NCBI GenBank assembly: GCA_963666565.1
Contig: OY762911.1
Location: 1,504,001 to 1,568,000, forward strand
Reading direction: 5' to 3'
Length of the DNA: 64,000 nucleotides
Origin: Thermoanaerobaculia bacterium
GTDB lineage: Bacteria; Acidobacteriota; Thermoanaerobaculia; Multivoradales; Multivoraceae
Under the pieces are notes generated by a model. It made no database searches. It was not told the DNA's origin and was given only the letters and a program-made list of their open reading frames with translations. The position numbers and the translations under genes were made by a program. Positions 57,187 through 64,000 of the stretch are shown piece after piece (the stretch's first letter is position 1; each line of letters opens with the position of its first letter).

Positions 57187-57926
57187 TGCGGGCGATCGTA
57201 TTCCACGCGCTCCAGGCACAGACCCCGGGCGGGCGCGTTCGGGCCGGCCTCGGCGCGCGGCCGGCCGGCGAGCAGCGCGGCCAGGCCGTCGAGCGACCGG
57301 CGGCCGCGGCCGATCTCCAGGGTCGTGCCCACCAGCGCGCGGACCATGCCGCGCAGGAAGCCGTCGCCGGCGACGCGGAAACGGATCTCGTCGCCGTACT
57401 CGGTCCATTCGGCGCGGTGGATCGTCCGCACCGGGCTGCGGTGGCTGCCGCCGGCCTTGGCGAAGGCCGAGAAGTCGTGCCGTCCGCGGACGAGGGAGGC
57501 GGCCGCCTTCATCGACTTGAGATCGAGGCCGCGCGGCGCCGGGACGACGAAGGGGGCCCGGAACGGGTCGATGACCGGCGCGGTGCAGAGCCGGTAGCGG
57601 TAGACCTTGAGCGACGCGCTCTTGCGGGCGTGGAACGAATCGTCGACGGCGTCGGCGGCGAGCATCCGGATGGCCGGCGGCAGGTGGTGGTTCGTGCCGT
57701 GGACGAGGGCGCGGCGGGTCTCGCGGTCCGGGAGCACGAGATGGGCCGTCTGGCCCGCGGCGTGGACGCCGGCGTCCGTGCGGCCGGCGCCGTGGACGGC
57801 GACGCGCTGGCCCGTGACCGCGGCCACGGCTTCCTCAACGACCTGCTGGATCGCCAGAGCGTTGTCCTGCCGCTGCCAGCCGGCGTAGTCCGTGCCGTCG
57901 TAGGCGATGAGGAGGCGGTACTTCAT
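57183..57926 (-). CDS. truA: tRNA pseudouridine(38-40) synthase
   Basis: YDGTDYAGWQ, AGRTDAGVHA, FHAR, GFLRGMVR, GLCL. Confidence 0.95.
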   Translation of the reverse strand: MKYRLLIAYDGTDYAGWQRQDNALAIQQVVEEAVAAVTGQRVAVHGAGRTDAGVHAAGQTAHLVLPDRETRRALVHGTNHHLPPAIRMLAADAVDDSFHARKSASLKVYRYRLCTAPVIDPFRAPFVVPAPRGLDLKSMKAAASLVRGRHDFSAFAKAGGSHRSPVRTIHRAEWTEYGDEIRFRVAGDGFLRGMVRALVGTTLEIGRGRRSLDGLAALLAGRPRAEAGPNAPARGLCLERVEYDRPQ

Positions 57927-59410
57927 GGCGGGGAGAGGCGGCGCCGGTCGATCAGCAGGAGAATCGACGGCGGCATCCAGACGGCGGCGTAGACCCAGGG
58001 AAAGTACGGCACCCCGGCCAGCGCGGGAAGGTAGGCGAGCGGCAGCGTCGCGGAGAGCAGGAGGACGGCGCGGGCGCCGAGCAGCGCCGCCCAGGGGAGG
58101 ATCCAGATCAGGTACCACGGGTAGAACGTGGGACTCGCGAGGAACACGACCGCGAAGGCCGCGAACGCGGCGTGGACCGGCGCCGGGCGCCGCCGCCAGA
58201 GGCGAAGCCACGCCGCGGCGGCGGCGGCGAGGAGCGCGGCGCGAGCGAGGAACTGGGGATAGGCGTAGGAGTAGAGCGTGCTCCAGGGCGTCGCTTCGAC
58301 GTCGCCGCCGAAGGCGGTGCGGACCAGGTGGACCGCGCCGGCCGCGGCCAGGTCGATCCGCAGCAGCCGGAACAGCCGCCACAGCGGCTCGTACAGCGGG
58401 CCGTTGTACTCCCATCGCACCGCGTACTCGACAAGGCCGGACGGAAGGCCGCGGGTCCAGAGCAGCACGGCGGCCGCCGCCGGCAGCAGCAGCGCCGCGG
58501 CGCCGGCCGCGAACAGGCGTCCGCGCCGGCCGCCGGCGCCCCGCCACCACAACGGCAGCGCCGCCAGCGGCACGAGCTTCGCCAGCACCGCAAGCGCGGC
58601 CACCGCTCCGGCCGCCGCCCACCGGGTGGGTCGGCGTGGTTGCGGAGCGAGGCCTTCGGCCTCGCGCGTGCCACCTTCCTTCCGCCGGCCACCCCCAAGC
58701 AGCCACACACAACCGATGACCAGCGAAGCCCCGAGCGCGTCGACATGCCCCATCCCGGCGCCTTCCACGACGAGCAGCGGATTCCACACGTAGGCGAGAG
58801 CCGCCCGCCCGCTGCCCCGGCGCCGCGCCAGCGCCAGCAGCAGCGCGCAGCCCGCGACATCGACGGCGGCGAGCGCCGACTTCCAGGCGATCAGCGGCCG
58901 GGGCAGCGCCGATGCGGCGCCGAACATGCCCAGGGCCAGCGGCGGATACACCGTCGCCACGTCGCGATGCGCCGTCCGTTGCCACAGTTCGTCGCGCAAC
59001 CCGGCGAGGCCCGGGTCGTCCGGCGTCAGAAGATACGGGTTCGATCCGGAGACGGCGACGCGGCCGTCCCAGAGGTAACGGTAGACGTCGTCCGAGAGGC
59101 TGGGGCCGAGCGGCAGCGCGAGCAGGCGGAGCAGGACGGCCACGGCCAGGACGCCGGCGACCGGGAACTTGCCGCCCGCTCGCCGCGCCGCGCCCAGACG
59201 GCGCAGTCCCCACCACAGCGCGGCGAAGGCGAGCGACAGGACCAGCAGGAAGGGGATGCTCCGTCCGGGAGCGCCCGGCGCGGGAGCGAAACCGGTGCGG
59301 TCGAGCACGAGGAGCCCGACGAAGCAGGCCAGCAGAGGCCAGGCGGCCGCGGCAAGGGCCGCAGATCGGTCGCCGCTTCGGGGCGCTCCGTCGCTTCGTC
59401 GCCTTGCCAT
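57923..59410 (-). CDS. GT-C fold membrane glycosyltransferase (GT87/DUF2029-like)
   Basis: LSDDVYRYLWDG..G.NPY, TVYPP, YVWNPL..E..GHVD, PWY. Confidence 0.8.
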   Translation of the reverse strand: MARRRSDGAPRSGDRSAALAAAAWPLLACFVGLLVLDRTGFAPAPGAPGRSIPFLLVLSLAFAALWWGLRRLGAARRAGGKFPVAGVLAVAVLLRLLALPLGPSLSDDVYRYLWDGRVAVSGSNPYLLTPDDPGLAGLRDELWQRTAHRDVATVYPPLALGMFGAASALPRPLIAWKSALAAVDVAGCALLLALARRRGSGRAALAYVWNPLLVVEGAGMGHVDALGASLVIGCVWLLGGGRRKEGGTREAEGLAPQPRRPTRWAAAGAVAALAVLAKLVPLAALPLWWRGAGGRRGRLFAAGAAALLLPAAAAVLLWTRGLPSGLVEYAVRWEYNGPLYEPLWRLFRLLRIDLAAAGAVHLVRTAFGGDVEATPWSTLYSYAYPQFLARAALLAAAAAAWLRLWRRRPAPVHAAFAAFAVVFLASPTFYPWYLIWILPWAALLGARAVLLLSATLPLAYLPALAGVPYFPWVYAAVWMPPSILLLIDRRRLSPP

Positions 59411-59423
59411 ATCGTCAACGTCC

Positions 59424-60926
59424 GTGCTTCTGCCGGTCTACTACGCCGTTCTCGGCACGCTCGCTCTGTACGGACTGCATCGGCTGGTCCTGCTTCTGGC
59501 GCTTCGCCTGGCGCGGCCGCCCGCCGCCGGCGGAGACGACGGCGCGGCGGGCGCTGGCCCCCAAGATAGCGCGCCGTACGACGCCGAGTGGCCCCCGGTC
59601 ACCGTCCAACTGCCCATCTACAACGAGCGTTACGTCGCTCCCCGGCTGATCGCCGCCGTCCTCGACTTCGACTACCCGGCGGACCGGCTCGAAGTCCAGA
59701 TCCTCGACGACTCGACCGACGACACGGCCGACCGCGTCGAGGTCGCACTGGCCCGGACATCCGAACGGAGCCGGCCGCTGCCCCTCGTTCGCCACCTCCG
59801 GCGCACGGACCGGAAGGGCTTCAAGGCGGGCGCTCTCGCCGCCGGCCTGGAGCAGGCCCGGGGCGAGCTGATCGCGATCTTCGACGCCGACTTCGTGCCG
59901 CAACCGGACTTCCTCCGGCGGACGGTCCCGGCGTTCCGCGATCCGGGGCTCGGCATGGTCCAGGCGCGCTGGGACCACATGAACCGCGAGGACTCGCTCC
60001 TGACTCGCGCGCAGGCCGTGCTCCTGGACGGACACTTCCTTGTCGAGCAGGCCGCCCGGCACCGCTCCGGCTGCTTCTTCAACTTCAACGGCACCGCCGG
60101 CGTCTGGCGGCGGCAGGCGATCGAGGACGCCGGAGGCTGGCAGGCCGACACGCTGACCGAGGATCTCGACCTTTCCTACCGGGCACAGCTCGCCGGCTGG
60201 CGCTTCCTGCTGATGACCGACCTCGCGGTGCCCGCGGAGTTGCCGGCGCGGGTCAACGACTTCAAGAGCCAGCAGCACCGCTGGGCCAGGGGGTCGGCCC
60301 AGACGATGCGCAAGCTCCTCGGGTGCATCCTGCGCGGCGCGGCGAGGCCGCGGGTCAAGCTGGCGGCGGCGGCGCACCTGACCTCCGGCGTCTGCTACCC
60401 GCTGTTGGTGGTCCTCGGCCTCCTGCTCCTGCCGGCGATCCTCGAGCGGCGGGAGTCGCCGCAGCTTCTGTTCTGGATCGACGCGCCCCTCTTCCTGCTC
60501 GGCACGGCGGCGGTGGCTGGTTGCTACGCCGCCGGCCAGCGCCGGGCCGGGCGCCGCGGATCGAGGGTTTGGCTCGAGGTCCCGCTGGCGATGTCCGTCG
60601 GCATCGGTCTGTCGCTCCACAACTCGGCAGCGACGATCGCCGGTCTCCTGCGCCGCGGCGGCGTCTTCGCCCGCACGCCGAAGATCCCGGCGACCGCCCG
60701 CAACCCGCCCGCGCCCTATCGCTCGGGCGCGGTCTGGAGTCTCTGGGGCGAAGCGGCCCTGGCGCTCTACTTCTGGGTCTGCGTCGCCGCCGCGTGTCTC
60801 CACGGTCGCTGGTGGTCCCTGCCGTTTCTGTATCTGTTCGCCCAGGGGTACAGCCTGATCGCCCTCGGCGGCGCGCTGCCCCGGCCGGGGCACCGCGCCG
60901 GGAGCATTCGCGAGCTTGCACCGTAG
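59424..60926 (+). CDS. Processive-type GT2 (cellulose synthase-like) glycosyltransferase
   Basis: VQLPIYNE, DDSTD, GFKAGAL, FDADF, TEDLD, QQHRW; start inferred. Confidence 0.9.
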   Translation: MLLPVYYAVLGTLALYGLHRLVLLLALRLARPPAAGGDDGAAGAGPQDSAPYDAEWPPVTVQLPIYNERYVAPRLIAAVLDFDYPADRLEVQILDDSTDDTADRVEVALARTSERSRPLPLVRHLRRTDRKGFKAGALAAGLEQARGELIAIFDADFVPQPDFLRRTVPAFRDPGLGMVQARWDHMNREDSLLTRAQAVLLDGHFLVEQAARHRSGCFFNFNGTAGVWRRQAIEDAGGWQADTLTEDLDLSYRAQLAGWRFLLMTDLAVPAELPARVNDFKSQQHRWARGSAQTMRKLLGCILRGAARPRVKLAAAAHLTSGVCYPLLVVLGLLLLPAILERRESPQLLFWIDAPLFLLGTAAVAGCYAAGQRRAGRRGSRVWLEVPLAMSVGIGLSLHNSAATIAGLLRRGGVFARTPKIPATARNPPAPYRSGAVWSLWGEAALALYFWVCVAAACLHGRWWSLPFLYLFAQGYSLIALGGALPRPGHRAGSIRELAP

Positions 60927-61027
60927 AATCGCATCGCAGTGAGATTCGCGGCGCAGGCGCCCGGGGAGGTGGGAGCTGGGGCCGGACAGCGAGCGTGCGA
61001 GCCGCGTGCCGGCGGCGGCCCGTGGCG

Positions 61028-61603
61028 ATGACCAGCCCCCTGACCCGTCATCCACCTCCGCCTCCGGCCATCGAGGTGGTCGTGCGGCCGGCGCGGCCCG
61101 CGGACGCGGCGTTCCTCCGCCGCTGGCGCGCGGAGCCGGCGGTGCGGCGCTACCAACCCCTGCACAACGTGTCCGTCGCCAAGCTGCGCGCGGACCTGGC
61201 GGGGCAGCGCCCGAAGGACCTGTACCGCGGCCGCGGCGACCGCTACACCTGGATGATCGAGTCCGACGGCGACCGCGCCGGCTGGATCACCCTTGCGGTC
61301 GTCAACTGGGAGCACGGCCTGGGCGAGCTCGGCTATGCCCTCTCGACGGACCACCACGGGCGGGGCACGATGACGGCGGCGCTCGGCCAGTTGCTGCCGG
61401 AACTCCTGCTGCGAACGCCGCTGGAGCGCCTCGAAGCCCGCTGCGCGATCGACAACGACGCCTCCCGCAGGGTGCTGGAGAAGCTGGGTTTCGTCTGCGA
61501 GGGCAGGCTCCGTTCGTACTTCGTGCTGCAGGGCCGCCGCACGGACCACTACCTGTACGCGCTCCTTCCGGAGGACTACATTCCGCGGACGATTCTGCGC
61601 TAG
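61028..61603 (+). CDS. RimJ/RimL-type GNAT acetyltransferase
   Basis: ELGYAL..HHGRGTMT, NDASRRVLEKLGF..EG. Confidence 0.85.
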   Translation: MTSPLTRHPPPPPAIEVVVRPARPADAAFLRRWRAEPAVRRYQPLHNVSVAKLRADLAGQRPKDLYRGRGDRYTWMIESDGDRAGWITLAVVNWEHGLGELGYALSTDHHGRGTMTAALGQLLPELLLRTPLERLEARCAIDNDASRRVLEKLGFVCEGRLRSYFVLQGRRTDHYLYALLPEDYIPRTILR

Positions 61604-61614
61604 GGTTGCCGCCC

Positions 61615-62082
61615 ATGAACGACGCCGCGCTGAAGAATCTGGAAGCAGGGATCGAACTGTTCCACGCGGAACGCACCGCAGAGGCCCGGACCGAGTTCGA
61701 GGCGGTGGTCGCCGCGGCCGCCGAGAGCCGCATCGCGAGCCGCGCCAGGGACTACCTCGCGGCGTGCGGTCGGGCCGAATCGGCGAAGGACCAGGAGGAC
61801 GCCGACGCCTTCACCGAGGCCGTGATGGCGCGAAACGACGGGGACATCGAGCGCGCCCTGAAGATCTGCACCGCGGGCTCGCGCACCCGGGACGGCCGGT
61901 TCGTCTACCTGGCCTCCTGCATCCGCGCGCTGAAGGGCGAGGACGCTGCGGCTCTCGACCAGCTCGCGAAGGCGATCGAACTCGATCCCAAGAACCGCGT
62001 GCGGGCCTTCCACGACACGGACTTCGCCTCCCTCCACGAGGACGAGCGCTTCGAGAGCCTCGTCCATGACCAGACCGACTGA
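61615..62082 (+). CDS. Small TPR-like protein
   Basis: YLASC..AL..LAKAIELDP..A..D.DF.SL. Confidence 0.75.
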   Translation: MNDAALKNLEAGIELFHAERTAEARTEFEAVVAAAAESRIASRARDYLAACGRAESAKDQEDADAFTEAVMARNDGDIERALKICTAGSRTRDGRFVYLASCIRALKGEDAAALDQLAKAIELDPKNRVRAFHDTDFASLHEDERFESLVHDQTD

Positions 62083-63457
62083 GTTGTCGTCCAGGGCCGC
62101 CGCGGCCGTCATCCTCGCCGCCGGGCGCGGCGAGCGGCTTCGCTCGGAACGGCCGAAGGTCCTTCACCGGGTTGGCGGCAGGCCTCTCGTCTCCTGGGTC
62201 GTCCAGGCGGCGCGCGAGGCGGGCTGCGCGCCGATCTGCGTCGTCGCCGGCAGCGGCGCGGACGAGGTGCGGGCGGCGCTCGAAGCCGAGGATCCGGCCG
62301 CGGCCGCGGGGGACGTCGTCTGGGTGGAGCAGCCGGAGCAACGCGGCGACGGCCACGCGCTGTCGATGGCTCGCGACTCGCTGCGTTCCGAGGGGATCGC
62401 TCTCGTCCTGTCCGGCGACTCGGCCCTCGTCCGGCCAACCACGCTGCGCGCCCTGCTGGACGCCGCCGGCGACGGCTGGGGCGCCCTTACGGTCGCCGAC
62501 CTGCCGGCGCCGGGCAGCCTCGGCCGCGTCGTCCGCGAGGGCGGGCGGCTCCTGCGGATCGTCGAGGCGGCGGACGCGAGCGAAGAGGAGCTCGCCTTGC
62601 GCACGGTCGACGGAGGCCACTACGCGGTGCCCGTGCCGGCGATCTTCGACTGGCTCGAGACGGCCGACGCCGGCAACGCCCAGGGCGAGGTCCGTCTGGC
62701 CGATGCCGTCTCCGCCGCCGCCCGCGAGCACCCGGTGGCGGCGGTCCCGGTCGAGGACGTCTCGGAGGCACTCGGCGTCGACTCCCGCGCCGATCTGGCC
62801 GCGGTTCAGCGGGTCTTCTACCGGCGCGGCGTGGACGCCCTGCTCGATGCCGGCGTCACCGTACTCGACCCGGAGAGCGTCTGGGTCGATGCCGGCGTGG
62901 CCGTCGGCGTCGACTCCGTGTTGCACCCCAACGTCACCCTGCTCGGCGCCTCCAGCCTGGGTCGGGGCTGCACCGTCCACTCCGGCGCCTGGATCCGCGA
63001 CAGCGCGCTCGCCGACGGCGTCGAGGTGCTGCCCTACTCCGTGCTCGACGGGGCGCGCGTCGCCTCGGGCTGCAGCATCGGCCCGTTCGCCCGGCTGCGG
63101 CCGGAGGCGGTGCTCGAGGACGGCGCCAGGGTGGGCAACTTCGTCGAGGTCAAGAAGGCGACGCTTGGCCCCGGGGTCAAGGCGTCCCATCTCGCCTACC
63201 TCGGCGACGCCTCGGTGGGCGCGGGCGCCAACATCGGCGCCGGGGTCATCACCTGCAACTACGACGGCAAGCGGAAGAACCGCACGGTGATCGGCGAGGG
63301 CGCGTTCGTCGGCAGCGACTGCATCCTCGTGGCGCCGGTCGAGGTCGGCGCCGGGGCGTACACGGGTGCGGGCTCGGTCATCACGAAGGACGTGCCCGAA
63401 GAGACGCTCGCCGTGGGCCGCGCGCGCCAGAAGAACATCGCGCGCAAGCCCCGGTAG
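62066..63457 (+). CDS. glmU: GlmU-like protein (pyrophosphorylase + left-handed beta-helix acetyltransferase)
   Basis: ILAAG.G..PKVLH; IGPFARLRP, GNFVEVK, HLAYLGDA, GAGVITCNYDG. Confidence 0.9.
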   Translation: MTRPTELSSRAAAAVILAAGRGERLRSERPKVLHRVGGRPLVSWVVQAAREAGCAPICVVAGSGADEVRAALEAEDPAAAAGDVVWVEQPEQRGDGHALSMARDSLRSEGIALVLSGDSALVRPTTLRALLDAAGDGWGALTVADLPAPGSLGRVVREGGRLLRIVEAADASEEELALRTVDGGHYAVPVPAIFDWLETADAGNAQGEVRLADAVSAAAREHPVAAVPVEDVSEALGVDSRADLAAVQRVFYRRGVDALLDAGVTVLDPESVWVDAGVAVGVDSVLHPNVTLLGASSLGRGCTVHSGAWIRDSALADGVEVLPYSVLDGARVASGCSIGPFARLRPEAVLEDGARVGNFVEVKKATLGPGVKASHLAYLGDASVGAGANIGAGVITCNYDGKRKNRTVIGEGAFVGSDCILVAPVEVGAGAYTGAGSVITKDVPEETLAVGRARQKNIARKPR

Positions 63458-63470
63458 CCCGGAGTCCTTC

Positions 63471-64000
63471 GTGCCTCGGTCTTCCGGCCCAGCCCGTCCT
63501 GGCCGGGAGTCCGCTCCGCAAGCTGCCGGCCGCGCGGACTACCGTTCCCGGCTGAACCCGGAGCAACTCGCGGCGGTCACCCACGACGGCGGCCCGCTGC
63601 TCGTCGTCGCCGGCGCCGGATCGGGCAAGACGCGGGTCATCACCTACCGGATCGCCTGGCTGATCGCCGAGCGAGGGATCGAGCCGTGGCGGATCGCGGC
63701 CGTCACCTTCACGAACAAGGCCGCCGACGAGATGCGCGGGCGGGCGCTCGACCTGGTCGGCGGCAACGCCAGCGTCTTCGTCGGCACCTTCCACCGGTTC
63801 TGCGTGCGCCTGCTGCGCCGCTTCGGCGATCGGGCGGGTCTGCGGCCGGACTTCGCCATCGTCGACGCGCCGGACCAGTTGCGGCTGATCAAGGAGTCGC
63901 TCAAGGCCGAGGACCTCGACGACCAGACCTTCCAGCCGCGCGCGGTCCAGGGGCGGATCAGCGCGGCGAAGAACCGCCTGCTCACGCCGGCCGCCTTCGA
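63471..64000 (+). CDS. pcrA: UvrD/PcrA helicase (partial, runs off the window)
   Basis: Hand translation gives LNPEQLAAV, LVVAGAGSGKTRVITYRIAWL, AVTFTNKAA.EM, GTFH. Confidence 0.9.
   Translation, partial: MPRSSGPARPGRESAPQAAGRADYRSRLNPEQLAAVTHDGGPLLVVAGAGSGKTRVITYRIAWLIAERGIEPWRIAAVTFTNKAADEMRGRALDLVGGNASVFVGTFHRFCVRLLRRFGDRAGLRPDFAIVDAPDQLRLIKESLKAEDLDDQTFQPRAVQGRISAAKNRLLTPAAF

Overview
A very GC-rich (about 70% by eye) bacterial chromosomal window with no rRNA, tRNA, CRISPR array or autonomous transposase. Gene content (BamD, TonB/ExbBD, CpoB, GatB, SelA, stand-alone Fis-like HTH) indicates a diderm; Acidobacteriota is a tentative guess. About 60 CDS, mostly housekeeping or envelope genes. 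Main highlights: (1) an idi2-hmgR-[GNAT]-mvk-decarboxylase-IPK operon that looks like the alternative mevalonate route (phosphomevalonate decarboxylase plus isopentenyl phosphate kinase, no phosphomevalonate kinase), co-existing with an intact MEP-pathway dxr; (2) a dispersed ~200-bp intergenic element whose 29-38 bp terminal arms differ between copies yet stay complementary within each copy, plus a second REP-like hairpin family; (3) a binding protein + output-less membrane sensor + OFA-type MFS module; (4) a GlmU with a systematically altered uridylyltransferase pocket; (5) a tandem double M20 peptidase, a PilX-PilY1 fusion, a sigma54 promoter, and divergent genes sharing one CATG. All calls are from reading motifs by eye; no searches were run.
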